Below are positions 27,349 through 37,547 of a DNA stretch of 64,000 nucleotides, in pieces; the first letter of the stretch is position 1, and the number at the start of each line of letters is the position of its first letter. Below the pieces are notes generated by a model. The model was not told the origin of the DNA and did no database searches. It saw nothing but the letters and a program-made list of their open reading frames with translations. The DNA is from Chloroflexota bacterium (GTDB lineage Bacteria; Chloroflexota; Chloroflexia; QHBQ01), in NCBI GenBank assembly GCA_043754535.1, contig JAYUUN010000093.1, positions 19,590 to 83,589 of the forward strand, read 5' to 3'. The position numbers were made by a program, and so were the translations under genes.

Positions 27349-29244
27349 CTAGCGGTTCAGCAGGCTGCCAACGTACTTGAGCAGTTCGTTCGCGCTGGCG
27401 GGGGTGTAGCCGTGCTGCTCGACCAGACGGCTAACTACCTCGTTGACGCGCTTCAGTTGCTCTGGGTCGGGCGTGCGACTGTTGGTGGTGATCTTCACGA
27501 TGTCGCGCAGATCGGCGAACAGCTTGCGCTCAATCGCTTCCTTCAGCCGCTCGTGCGAGGTGTAGTCGAAGCTCTGCCCACGCCGCGCCAGGGTGGAGAT
27601 ACGGATCAGGATTTCTTCGCGGAACGCCTTCTTCGCGTTCTCGCTCACCCCGATCTGCTCCTCGATGCTCCGCATCAGTTGCTCGTCGGCATCCATCTCC
27701 TCCTCGGTGATCGGGTCCTTGAGCTTCTGCTTGTTGCAATATGCCTCTACGTTGTCCAGGTAGTTGTTCAGCACCGTCTTGGCCGACTCCTCGAACGAGT
27801 AGACGAAAGCCTTCTGCACTTCCTTCTTGGCGATCTCGTCGTACTCCTTGCGGGCCTCGGCGATGAAGTTGAGGTACTGCTCGCGTTCTTCCTTGTTAAT
27901 GCTAGTGTGCTGCTCGAAGCCGTCACGCAAGGCACGCAGAGCGTCAATCGGGGTGATGAACTCGATCCCCTCCTTGACTAGCGCGCTACTCAGGCGGTTG
28001 ATCACGTAGCGCGGGCTGATACCGCTCATCCCCTCGCGTTGGGCCTCCTCCTGCAACTCGCGCACATCCTTGCCCTTGAAGTCATCAAGCTCCTCACCAT
28101 CATACAGCTTGAGCTTCTTCATCAGGCTCATACCATTCTTCTTCGATGGCTCAAGCCTGGTCAGCACCGCGAAGATGCTGGCGACCCGCAGCGTGTGTGG
28201 GGCGATATGCACACCTTTGAGTGCGCTCTGCTGGATCAGCTTCTCGTAGATACGCACCTCGTCGCTGACTCGCAAGTTGTATGGCACCTTGACCAGGATG
28301 ATGCGGTCTTGCAACGCTTCGCTCTTGCGGTTGCCAACGAAGCTGCTGTACTCGCTCTCATTAGTGTGGCTGACCACTACTTCATCAGCGTAGATCATAC
28401 TGAAACGACCCGTCTTGATGTTCTGCTCCTGCGACAAAGTTAGCAGCACGTAGAGAAACTTCTCATCGCTCTTAAGGATTTCGATGAACTCCATCATGCC
28501 CCGGTTGGCAATGTTCAGTTCACCGTCGAAGCGATAGGCGCGAGGGTCGCTCTCACTGCCCACCTCACCAATGGTGCTGAGGTCAATCGAACCGACCAGT
28601 TCGGAAATGTCCTGCGACTTCGGATCGGAGGGGGTGAAGGTGCCGATGCCAATGCGTGCCTTCTCGCTGAAGGAGAGGCGGCGTACTGGCACCTTCTCCA
28701 TGCGTCCCTCGTAGGTATGTTCCAGGTCGTAGGCGCAGCGGGGGCAGAGATCGCCCTCGATGTAAACCCCATACTCGCGCTCGATGTCGGCGCGCAGTTC
28801 GCGCGGGATCAGGTGCAGCGGCTCCTCGTGCATCGGGCAATCGCGGATGGCATAGACCGACCCCTGCTCGCTGCGGGTATAGCTCTCCAGCCCACGCTTG
28901 AGCAGGCTGACCAGGGTAGACTTGCCGCCGCCCACCGGCCCCATCAACAGGAGGATGCGCTTACGCACTTCTAGCCGTTGCGCGCCGCTGCTGAAGTATT
29001 CCACGACCTGCTGCAACGACTTGTCCAGGCCGAAGATTTCGTCGTCGAAGAACTTGTAGTGCGCTTCACCCCGCTTGTTGGTCTCCACCCCACCGTTGAT
29101 GATCATGTCGTAGATGCGGGCGTGCGAAAGTTGCGCAGCACGTGGGTTTTTGGTGACAACCTCGAAGTATTCGGAGAACGTTCCCTCCCAGTTTAGAGCC
29201 TTCTCGATCGCCCGGAACTCTTCCAGCTTCTTGATGATGTCCAT
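27349..29244 (-). CDS. prkA: PrkA/YeaG serine protein kinase (AAA+ N-terminal domain)
   Basis: The ATG at 29244 with AAGGAG 8 nt upstream gives MDIIKKLEEFRAIEKALNWEGTF, which matches the B. subtilis PrkA N-terminus. Walker A is GPVGGGKST. Confidence 0.9.
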   Translation of the reverse strand: MDIIKKLEEFRAIEKALNWEGTFSEYFEVVTKNPRAAQLSHARIYDMIINGGVETNKRGEAHYKFFDDEIFGLDKSLQQVVEYFSSGAQRLEVRKRILLLMGPVGGGKSTLVSLLKRGLESYTRSEQGSVYAIRDCPMHEEPLHLIPRELRADIEREYGVYIEGDLCPRCAYDLEHTYEGRMEKVPVRRLSFSEKARIGIGTFTPSDPKSQDISELVGSIDLSTIGEVGSESDPRAYRFDGELNIANRGMMEFIEILKSDEKFLYVLLTLSQEQNIKTGRFSMIYADEVVVSHTNESEYSSFVGNRKSEALQDRIILVKVPYNLRVSDEVRIYEKLIQQSALKGVHIAPHTLRVASIFAVLTRLEPSKKNGMSLMKKLKLYDGEELDDFKGKDVRELQEEAQREGMSGISPRYVINRLSSALVKEGIEFITPIDALRALRDGFEQHTSINKEEREQYLNFIAEARKEYDEIAKKEVQKAFVYSFEESAKTVLNNYLDNVEAYCNKQKLKDPITEEEMDADEQLMRSIEEQIGVSENAKKAFREEILIRISTLARRGQSFDYTSHERLKEAIERKLFADLRDIVKITTNSRTPDPEQLKRVNEVVSRLVEQHGYTPASANELLKYVGSLLNR

Positions 29245-29786
29245 TGCTCTGTCTCCTTCGCAAGCGGGACGGTTGCCCAAAACCGCCGCGCTCACCTGCC
29301 TTGACTGTTGGGGACGGCCCCGCTGAACGGTATAATAATTATACGCCAGCTTGCCGACCGGGGTTGCACAACACTGCCTACCAACAATGCCACGAAGTTA
29401 AAGATCAGGTTAGAATTGCCTTGACCAGGTACAGAAAGAGGACACTGCCGCGCCACTGAGCGGCTCTTGCGAACCGTCGGTTGGCGACACTGCCCTCCTT
29501 ACCAAACTACTATACAGCGATCTTGCGGGCGCATACGCTTTGCCCTTCTAGCTGCCACTGCTGTGTTTCAAGGTTAAGATCATCTGGCTCTTTTACCCAT
29601 TCTTTGGCAAGGGGGCAGCTTAGGGACTGCCTACGTTACTCTTATCTTACCATACGCTGCAAATCTTGACAATAGCGCATTGGTACCGCCAGCTAGCAGC
29701 CAACTGATGACAATATGCAGGGAACGTGCCAGACGCAAAAGCCGCCCCGATGTTGCAGGGCGGCTGCGATGGGCCAAAAGCCGCAC

Positions 29787-30557
29787 CTACACATCCAACT
29801 CCATGTCCTCGTGGCTGATGATCAGCATATCTGCGCCAAGCTCCTCGATATGGGGGGCTAGCTCAGCTCGAATCTCGTCCTCATAATGCGGGTTGATGTG
29901 GGTGATCACGAAGGGAACGTAGTGACCGACCACCCGCTTGAACTCCTCCATCTCGCGGCGCACAAAGGTGGGGGTGAGGTGGCAAAAGGCAACCGCCGAC
30001 CCCTCCATGCGGTTGGGGTAAGTACATTCGGTGATCACCATCTGCGGCCTGATCCGCTCCCAGATCGGGGCCATGTAGCCCGCCGTATCGCTGCTGAAGA
30101 AGACGTTGTGTTCGCCGTACTCGACGAAGAAGCCGGTACTCGGCACTGCATGGATGGTAGGGTAGGAAGTGATGCGGTAGCCGTCAAACTCAACTGACTG
30201 GTAGGGTTCCAGGTCGTGGAAGATCAGGCTAGGAGACTTTGGCGAAGGTATCTCAACCAGCTTAGGCCAAACCGACTCGTTGAAGATGTGAGCCATCATC
30301 ACATCTTTGACCACTGGCAGGCAGTACACGTCAATCGTGGTGCTGTAGAGAGTGTTGAAGCCGATAATCGGCACATCCTTTATGTGATCGTAATGGTAGT
30401 GGCTGAGGAAGATGTAGCGTACCTGCTCCTGCTCGGCCAGGGTCAAGCCAGAAGCGATGCTACCTGCATCAAGGGCGATATGGTCGTCTACAAGAACAGA
30501 GAGGAAGCGACAGCCCTTTGCCTCACCCTGGTGTGCGCCAACGATCTTGAGCCTCAT
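29787..30557 (-). CDS. MBL-fold metallo-hydrolase
   Basis: It has the HYHYDH (HxHxDH) motif and the downstream His/Asp ligands. Confidence 0.75.
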   Translation of the reverse strand: MRLKIVGAHQGEAKGCRFLSVLVDDHIALDAGSIASGLTLAEQEQVRYIFLSHYHYDHIKDVPIIGFNTLYSTTIDVYCLPVVKDVMMAHIFNESVWPKLVEIPSPKSPSLIFHDLEPYQSVEFDGYRITSYPTIHAVPSTGFFVEYGEHNVFFSSDTAGYMAPIWERIRPQMVITECTYPNRMEGSAVAFCHLTPTFVRREMEEFKRVVGHYVPFVITHINPHYEDEIRAELAPHIEELGADMLIISHEDMELDV

Positions 30558-30727
30558 TCGTAGTTACGACCTTTCTGCAAGCTGCGTCTATTATAGCAGG
30601 ATCAGCATCTTGATGCAACGATCATGCCACCGCTTGCAGATCGTCAAGCGTAAATCCAACCTGGGCCGAGCAGAGTATTACTGGCAGCAAAGCAAAACCG
30701 CCGAAGCGGTTAGACTTGGCGGTGAAG

Positions 30728-30804
30728 TGGTAGCGCATAGGGGATTCGAACCCCTGGTCTCATCCTTGAGAGGGATGTGTCCTAGGCCGCTAGACGAATG
30801 CGCC
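30728..30804 (-). tRNA. tRNA-Glu (anticodon CUC)
   Basis: I folded the 77-nt cloverleaf by hand. The acceptor is GGCGCAT/ATGCGCT, then A, then CCA. The D-arm is GTCTAGCGGCCTAGGAC. The anticodon stem is CATCC/GGATG with loop CTCTCAA (anticodon CTC). The T-arm is AGGGG-TTCGAAT-CCCCT. Confidence 0.75.
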
Positions 30805-31095
30805 ATAACGTGCTGTATTATACCCGCTGAGTTGGCCGCTTGTCAAGCCTTAGCACAGCCACCCTACCAGTACCTTACCGCTGCTACTAGAGCAGTACAG
30901 CCTTCTTGCAGCAGGCGAGCGTATATTGTACAATACGGCCAAAGCGTAGTGAGCGCAGCCTTGCCACGCCCGCAATTGCAAACAGGTTTGCCGATGCCCA
31001 CAACTCGGCGCAGAATGGCATAGAGTTGGCCCAACAAGAGCGCAGGCCAGCGGATAGTAATTTGTAGATAGCAATGTGCGATCCAGGGAGAAAAG

Positions 31096-34000
31096 ATGAA
31101 CACACAAGGTGATAAGCAACATGGTGCAGAGCAAGTAGCAGAGGCCACCCCCCAACGTAGCTTTGGCACGGTGCGTACCCGCCATAGTGGCGCAGGCAGC
31201 AGCACCCAGGTAGAGAGCGTAGAGTTGGCGAAGGATGATGCCAGCCTCATCCGCCGCCGCGTGCGCGTAGCTCGTGCTAAGGACGATCTGCTGTTGGACG
31301 GTGGCCCGGTGCCACAGGGCAGCAGCGTCGCACTGGTCCAGCCAGTCAGTGGGCAGTCCTGGTTGACGGTGGAGAACTGTCTCTACCTTCTTTTCCTGAT
31401 CCTGACCTTGTTTAGCCGCTTTTGGGATTTGGGCCGCATGGCTTTGCACCATGACGAGAGCCTACACGCTACCTACAGTTGGTACTTCTTCAAGGGCAAC
31501 GGCTACACCCACGATCCGATGATGCACGGCCCCTTCCAGTTCCACCTCTGGGGGCTGTTCCAGTATATGTTTGGTAGCAGCGAGGCCGCGGTGCGCTCTG
31601 TTTCGGCCACTCTCGCTATCTTCGTGGTCATGTCGCCCTTCTTTCTACGCCGCTATATTGGGCGGCTGCCAGCATTGGCGACGACCTTCCTCTTTCTTGT
31701 CTCCCCTGGCTTCCTATACTTTGGCCGCTTTGCCCGCGAGGATGCCTTCCTGATGTTCGCCGAGGCTCTGCTGCTAGTCGGCTTGATCGGCTACATCGCC
31801 AGCCGCAAGACTCCCTACTTCTACACCTTCATCGTCGCCCTCAGCCTGTTGTTCTCGATTAAGGCGACCGCTTACATCACCACCCTGATTTTCATCATCG
31901 TGCTGGTCGGGCTATTTGCCTGGCAGTTCAGCAAGCGGTTGTTCTTCGCGGGTGCAGCCTACCTGGGCTTCGCTGCTGTGGTCTTCAAGTGGATGCAAGG
32001 GCAGACCTTCCTCAACGTCGCAACTGGCAAGGAGGAGTTCAAGTACGCCCTGCCCCCGCTCCCTTCTGGCTCGAACCCGACCATTCAGCTAATCCTCGGC
32101 TACTTCGGCAGCCTCTTTAGCTCCCCCCTTGCCCTGGTCCAGTTTGGGCTGTTCGGCCTGTTCCTGGTAGTCATGGGTGGCCTCGTCTACCAGAAGCGAC
32201 GCGCCTACTTCGGCGACCCCAACAACGCCTTCCTCAAGCGGATCGGCTTTAGCGTGGCAGCCATCTTCGGGGGCGCACTGGTCGGCGTAGTAGTCCTCGG
32301 CAACATCATGAAAGCCTTCACCCCGTTGCAGATCGCTGGGGGCGAAGTGTTCAACTACGTGATTGGCGGGGTGGTCGGCCTGTTCTTCGGCATCTGGCTG
32401 GCCCATTTCCTCTCGCGGCGAGCGAGCGTAGCAGGTGAGGAGCAGCAGAGCATCCTGCTGCAATACCCCACTGGCAGCATCCCCAACGTAGTCGGTTCGA
32501 TCACCAGCCGCCTGCACCTGCTCTACACTGGGCTGGCCGCCTTCTTCCTGATCTGGTCGTTCCTGTTCACCAGTATGTACGAAAACATCCCACAGGGTCT
32601 CGGCACCGGCAGCTTTGGGCTGATTGGCTACTGGCTATCACAGCACGATATACGGCGCGGCAACCAACCCTGGTTCTACTACCTGCTCCTGGTGCCACTC
32701 TACGAAATGCTGGCCGTCTTCTTCACCGTCGTGTCTATTTTCTGGGCCAGCTACGTTGGGATCAAGGGCCGCCGCGACCGCTTCATCAAGGCAGGGCTGA
32801 TCCTTTGGGTCGCCGCCTTGCCAGTTCTTTTCTTCGCCGTCGCCCAGGGTTCGAGCAATACGGGCGGCAAACTGCTGCTTGGTCTCGCTGCTGCACTGCT
32901 GGTGGCGGGTTTCGGCCTCTTTGCTTACACCTGGTATAGCGAATGGCGCGCCAATCGGGGTGATCGTGCCAGCATCGTGCCACAACACGTCCCCTTCAGC
33001 GACACCCGCTCGTTCCTGGTACTGCTCTCCTTCGTCTGGTTCCTCGGCACCTTCGCCATCTACAGTTGGGCTGGAGAGAAGATGCCCTGGCTGTTGGTTC
33101 ACATTGCCCAGCCCGCGATCATCGCCGGTGGCAGCTTCCTCGGTGGCCTGTTCCTTAGCATCTACGCCTGGCACAAGGTGCAGGCCGCCCAGCAAGTGCC
33201 GCTGGCAGAACCCATAGCTACTCCCACAGATGCACTCGGTGGCCGCCGTCCCAAGGCTGCCCTCGGTTTCGCAGCGGCTATGCCAAAAGCGATCAGCCGC
33301 CCACGCCAGTTGATGGCAGACGATGATGAGGAGAGCCGCGTCCTCTACGCCTGGCTAGCCCCTGGCTCCTACCGCCCTCTGGTCGCCTACGTCTTCCTCT
33401 TTACCATCCTGGTCTTCGGCTTCGGGGTGACAATGGCCGCCCGCAGCTACAGCCTGACGGTGGATCGCCAGACCCCAGAGTGGGGCGGGACCATTGTCTT
33501 CCCAGCCCTGATTTTGGTGCTGACTGTTGCCTACGCAATCTGGCGCGGGGTCAAGCCAGCCCTGCAAGCCTTGCTGATGGGTATCTTCCTGGTGCTGACC
33601 ATCTACTCGGTTCGCAGCGCAGTCGCCCTCAGCTTCCAGAACAACGATGTGGCTCCAAAGGAGATGGCAGTTTACACCCAGTCTTCGCCCGACGTAACCC
33701 ACGTGGTCAATCAGATCGAGCAGTACAGCCGCTATGCTTTTGGCGACAACTCGGTTCGCATCATCTACGACAGCGACACTTCCTGGCCGATGACCTGGTA
33801 TATGCGGAAGTTCCCCAACGCCCGCTTCATGCCCAGTGGCCCCAGCAGCCTGGCCGACGCGAAAGCTAGCAACGCCAAGCTACCAGAGTTCATTATCGTC
33901 GGTTCCTCCTACGCCGACCCTGCGCTGGGCAAGGGGGCCGACCTCTCGATAGACGCGAACTACATCAAGCAGAAGTACGTGCTGCGCTGGTGGTTCGACG

Positions 34001-34233
34001 AGTCGTTCTACCGCGTGTTCGCCCCCGACAATGCCACCCCAACCCAGACGATCAACGCGATGTGGGGGACGGTCTCGACCCTCAAAGACCCGGAGTACCA
34101 AAGCAAGCTGTGGCGTTACCTGCTCTACCGCGACGCGCCGATTGTCGGCAGCGGTGGCAGCTTCGACTTCCAGCTACTCGTCCGCCGCGACATCTACGCC
34201 AGCTACAACGAGCTAGCCAGAGGCAACAACTAA
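31096..34233 (+). CDS. large GT-C-fold membrane protein of the Chloroflexi/Archaea 'YYY'-type family
   Basis: 1045 aa with AGGGAG upstream. It has an HDE motif after TM1 (ALHHDESLHATY), more than 14 TM helices and the aromatic motif NQPWFYYLLLVPLYEMLAVF. It has no C-terminal propeller. Confidence 0.75.
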   Translation: MNTQGDKQHGAEQVAEATPQRSFGTVRTRHSGAGSSTQVESVELAKDDASLIRRRVRVARAKDDLLLDGGPVPQGSSVALVQPVSGQSWLTVENCLYLLFLILTLFSRFWDLGRMALHHDESLHATYSWYFFKGNGYTHDPMMHGPFQFHLWGLFQYMFGSSEAAVRSVSATLAIFVVMSPFFLRRYIGRLPALATTFLFLVSPGFLYFGRFAREDAFLMFAEALLLVGLIGYIASRKTPYFYTFIVALSLLFSIKATAYITTLIFIIVLVGLFAWQFSKRLFFAGAAYLGFAAVVFKWMQGQTFLNVATGKEEFKYALPPLPSGSNPTIQLILGYFGSLFSSPLALVQFGLFGLFLVVMGGLVYQKRRAYFGDPNNAFLKRIGFSVAAIFGGALVGVVVLGNIMKAFTPLQIAGGEVFNYVIGGVVGLFFGIWLAHFLSRRASVAGEEQQSILLQYPTGSIPNVVGSITSRLHLLYTGLAAFFLIWSFLFTSMYENIPQGLGTGSFGLIGYWLSQHDIRRGNQPWFYYLLLVPLYEMLAVFFTVVSIFWASYVGIKGRRDRFIKAGLILWVAALPVLFFAVAQGSSNTGGKLLLGLAAALLVAGFGLFAYTWYSEWRANRGDRASIVPQHVPFSDTRSFLVLLSFVWFLGTFAIYSWAGEKMPWLLVHIAQPAIIAGGSFLGGLFLSIYAWHKVQAAQQVPLAEPIATPTDALGGRRPKAALGFAAAMPKAISRPRQLMADDDEESRVLYAWLAPGSYRPLVAYVFLFTILVFGFGVTMAARSYSLTVDRQTPEWGGTIVFPALILVLTVAYAIWRGVKPALQALLMGIFLVLTIYSVRSAVALSFQNNDVAPKEMAVYTQSSPDVTHVVNQIEQYSRYAFGDNSVRIIYDSDTSWPMTWYMRKFPNARFMPSGPSSLADAKASNAKLPEFIIVGSSYADPALGKGADLSIDANYIKQKYVLRWWFDESFYRVFAPDNATPTQTINAMWGTVSTLKDPEYQSKLWRYLLYRDAPIVGSGGSFDFQLLVRRDIYASYNELARGNN

Positions 34234-34346
34234 ACCAGACCATGCCAGCCTGCCTCCTCCACAGTGGGGAGGCTGGCAGCAGCAAAGCAACAGTGAGTGC
34301 GTAACGCAGATATATTTCACCAAACAGGAAGCAAGGAGAGCTAGTT

Positions 34347-37300
34347 TTGGACATTACCAGCCCCCGGCCCGGTGGCGGCCAGCCGCACGATGATGGGCAG
34401 CAGCCTACTGCCGAGCCTGCGCTGCTCGACCGTTACCTCAGTCTCGCCCGCGTCAATTGGGAGGTCGTCTACTTTGTCGCGCTGCTGGTAGTGGTGGTAC
34501 TCACCCGCCTGCTAGCCCTTGACAACCGTGCGCCGCACCACGACGAAGGCATCCACGCTGTCTACAGCTACGGCGCATTCACGGGCCATGCACCTTACAC
34601 CTACGACCCAGTCTATCATGGGCCGTTCCTCTACCTGATGACCCAGATTGCGTTCCTTTTCTTCGGTGCATCTGACTACACAATGCGCCTGGCTCCAGCC
34701 ATCTTCGGCATCATCCTGGTGCTGCTGGTCTGGCAGTTCCGCATCTTCATCGGTAAGTGGGGAGCTTTGGCTGCCGCAACGCTGGTCACCTTCAGCCCCA
34801 GCATCAGCTACTACTCGCGCTCGCTGCGCCACGATATCTTCGCTACCGTCGCCACTGCCGTACTGATCCTGGCGATCTTCAACTTCATCCGCACCCATCA
34901 GAGCCGCTACATCTACTGGGCAGCAATCGGGGCGGCGGTGGGCATCAGCAGCCATGAGATGATGTGGCTCAACGGCTTCATCTTCGTCAGCTTCTTCGCC
35001 TTCGCTGCGATCTTCGAGATGGTTTACAACAGCCGCAAGCCAGTGGAGCAACGCCCGCTATTGCTCGCTGGGCAGGCATTGCTGCGCCAACCACGCATGA
35101 TCGCCGGGGCGGTAATCACCTTCGTTACCCTGATCGTCCTGTTCTTCAGCAACCTGCTGACCAACTTCGATAGCCTGGGCAAGTTCTTCAGCGGCCTAAC
35201 TTACTGGAATGGGCAGCAGGTGGAAGCGCGAGGCGGCCAGCCCTGGTACTACTACTTCATGCTCCTGTTCATCTACGAAATCCTGCCGCTCACATTTGGC
35301 ATTGCTGGTGGGGTCTACCTGCTCATTCGCCAATTGCGGCACCAGGTTGAGCCAGACGACAGCTACCCCAATCTGACCGACCCCGACGTGGCAACCGGCC
35401 CCAACCTGCCCACCCCGCGCTCGGTAATCGAACTGGTACTACCTGCCCTCGGCTACTGGAGCTTGAGCGCACTGATCGTCTACACGCTCGCGGGCGAGAA
35501 GATGCCCTGGCTGACCATGCAGATTGCCTTGCCGCTCTGCCTGATGGCGGGTATGGCGATTGGTCGTCTGCTCAAGGGGATGGATTGGCGCGGCTTCTTC
35601 AACGCGGGCGGCCTGTGGCTGGGCCTCGTCTTCATCGCTCTTGCCTTCGCCTTCATTGCCTTTGGCGACGCGTTGCGGGTGGTAGTGCCAGTAGACGCGA
35701 GCGGCACCGTGACCGATCAGGCGGCGCAGGCAGCCAAGCTGTGGCGATCACTACTCACTGCTGCCTTCATTGTTGCCCTCGTCGCCCTGATCCTCAGCTT
35801 CAGCAGCCGCCTGGGGCTGAAGCAGAGCGTGCTGGCCTTCAGCTACGCCCTCTGCGGGGTGCTATTGGTCTATACCGTCCACTCGACGATCAACCTCAAC
35901 TTCTACAACACCGCTACACCTGTGGAGATGTTGATCTACACCCAGTCCTCGCCCAGTACCGGCCAAGTAGCCGGGCAGATCAGCCGCCTCAGCCGCGACG
36001 TGACCGCCTTCACCAAGCGCGGCCCAGACGATCCGCTTGGTGGCCGCAGCTTGGACATCGCTATCGACAACTCGGTGGAATGGCCCTTCGACTGGTACTT
36101 CCGCGACCAGCGTGGCCTCTCCTACTTCAACGAGCGTTCGCCGCTGGCCCGCAATACTAGCGTGATCCTATCCCGCGTGGAGACGAATGGGGCAGATGTG
36201 GCTGGTGACAAGATGGTGGCCGACCTCAAAACCCGCCTCGGCACGGAGTACGTGGTGCGCCGCTACCCCCTGCGCTGGTGGTTCCCAGAGGAACTCTACC
36301 GCGACGCTAACTACAAGCCCCGCGATCTCGGCAGTGTAGCGGGCGAGTTGTTCAAGGGTGAGAACCTGCCCAAGTTCGCCAAATACTTCTTCTACCGCGA
36401 CCCCCAGTTCCAACTGGGTAGCACTGACTTCTACCTGTTTGTCAAGAACGACTACGCCCAGATGATCGGCTTCGTGCCAGAGGGTACTGTAGCCAGTTCA
36501 CCCGTAACCAGCGACACAGGGGGTGTCAAGCCGCCGACCGGCAAGACCTACGGGATGCTCGATCTGGGGGCGGAGGGTAGCGACAATGGCGCATTCAGCC
36601 AGCCGCGCCAGATCGCTCTTGCCCCCGATGGCACCTACTACGTGTTGGATACCAACAATGGCCGGGTTGAACACTTCACCGCCGACTACAAGTACATCGG
36701 CCAGTTTGGCAAGAAGGGGACGGCCAGTGGTGAGCCGAAGGATGCCGACCCTGGTACCGCCGATGGCGACACCCTCGGTGTGCTGGCGAACGGTGGCGGC
36801 GGCCCGAATGGGATGGCGGTGGACAAGGATGGCAACATTTACATCGCCGACACCTGGTTCCATCGCGTGCAGAAGTTCGACAAAGACGGCAAGTTCGTCC
36901 TCAGCTTTGGTGGCTTCGCGGCCACTGGCGGCAAGACGAGCGACAACAACAACGCGCCTGGCAAGTTCTGGGGGCCACGTGGCGTGGCGACCGACGCGCA
37001 GGGCAGCGTCTACGTGACCGACACTGGCAACAAGCGCGTGCAAATCTTCGACGGCACGGGCAAGTTCCTTCGCACTATCGGCGGGGTAGAGACGATTGAC
37101 GAACCAATCGGGGTTGCAGTTGACCAGGCAGGTAACGTCTACGTTGGCAGCACCCGCACACAGAGCATCGTCAAGTTCGACGCGGCTGGCAACAAGCAGG
37201 CCGCCTGGCGGCTGCCCGACAACGGCTGGCAGCCGGGTGCCTACATGGAGCCGCAGATCGCCCTCGACGCGGCGGGCAACATCTACACTACCGATCCCAG

Positions 37301-37472
37301 CAACGCCCAGGTAGTCAAGTTCCGGCCCGACGGCACAGTGGCAAGCAAGAAGGCGAAGGAGGCAGGGGTCAGCCTCAAGACTCCAACTGGCATCGTCCTA
37401 GACAAGGCTGGCAACATCTACGTGGTGGATACGACACAGCAGGGGGTGATCCGCTTCACCGCTATGCAGTAA
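34347..37472 (+). CDS. 'YYY'-type GT-C membrane protein with a C-terminal NHL-repeat beta-propeller
   Basis: 1041 aa with a TTG start and AAGGAG 8 nt upstream. The motifs are HHDEGIHAVY and GQPWYYYFMLLFIYEILP. The NHL repeats are GNIYIADTWFHRVQKFD, GSVYVTDTGNKRVQIFD and GNIYVVDTTQQGVIRF. Confidence 0.75.
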   Translation: MDITSPRPGGGQPHDDGQQPTAEPALLDRYLSLARVNWEVVYFVALLVVVVLTRLLALDNRAPHHDEGIHAVYSYGAFTGHAPYTYDPVYHGPFLYLMTQIAFLFFGASDYTMRLAPAIFGIILVLLVWQFRIFIGKWGALAAATLVTFSPSISYYSRSLRHDIFATVATAVLILAIFNFIRTHQSRYIYWAAIGAAVGISSHEMMWLNGFIFVSFFAFAAIFEMVYNSRKPVEQRPLLLAGQALLRQPRMIAGAVITFVTLIVLFFSNLLTNFDSLGKFFSGLTYWNGQQVEARGGQPWYYYFMLLFIYEILPLTFGIAGGVYLLIRQLRHQVEPDDSYPNLTDPDVATGPNLPTPRSVIELVLPALGYWSLSALIVYTLAGEKMPWLTMQIALPLCLMAGMAIGRLLKGMDWRGFFNAGGLWLGLVFIALAFAFIAFGDALRVVVPVDASGTVTDQAAQAAKLWRSLLTAAFIVALVALILSFSSRLGLKQSVLAFSYALCGVLLVYTVHSTINLNFYNTATPVEMLIYTQSSPSTGQVAGQISRLSRDVTAFTKRGPDDPLGGRSLDIAIDNSVEWPFDWYFRDQRGLSYFNERSPLARNTSVILSRVETNGADVAGDKMVADLKTRLGTEYVVRRYPLRWWFPEELYRDANYKPRDLGSVAGELFKGENLPKFAKYFFYRDPQFQLGSTDFYLFVKNDYAQMIGFVPEGTVASSPVTSDTGGVKPPTGKTYGMLDLGAEGSDNGAFSQPRQIALAPDGTYYVLDTNNGRVEHFTADYKYIGQFGKKGTASGEPKDADPGTADGDTLGVLANGGGGPNGMAVDKDGNIYIADTWFHRVQKFDKDGKFVLSFGGFAATGGKTSDNNNAPGKFWGPRGVATDAQGSVYVTDTGNKRVQIFDGTGKFLRTIGGVETIDEPIGVAVDQAGNVYVGSTRTQSIVKFDAAGNKQAAWRLPDNGWQPGAYMEPQIALDAAGNIYTTDPSNAQVVKFRPDGTVASKKAKEAGVSLKTPTGIVLDKAGNIYVVDTTQQGVIRFTAMQ

Positions 37473-37490
37473 GCAGCAAGCCTGAGCGCG

Positions 37491-37526
37491 CCCCCCTCCT
37501 GCTTGCAGGAGGGGGGTGTTCTTTTA
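37491..37526 (+). terminator. strong intrinsic terminator (11-bp GC stem, U-tract)
   Basis: cccccctcctg-cttg-caggagggggg followed by tgttctttta. Confidence 0.7.
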
Positions 37527-37532
37527 CCCAAA

Positions 37533-37541
37533 TGGTATAAT
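37533..37541 (+). promoter_or_regulatory. extended -10 element TGGTATAAT, 6 nt before the ATG (leaderless-type start)
   Basis: TGGTATAATcagcacATG. The shared AATCAGC sequence after the -10 box also appears at the pxpC promoter. Confidence 0.45.
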
Positions 37542-37547
37542 CAGCAC

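Noticed and set aside
29245-29295. The track N-terminal extension of prkA (MSAAVLGNRPACEGDRA...)
   Set aside because: The conserved PrkA N-terminus begins at MDIIKKLEE, with AAGGAG 8 nt upstream of the ATG at 29244. The extension has no Shine-Dalgarno sequence and no conservation.
30558-31095. A tRNA-Glu-associated integration site or genomic island boundary
   Set aside because: I saw no integrase, no direct repeat of the tRNA 3' end and no compositional shift beside the tRNA. The glycosylation genes on both sides have native-like GC content.
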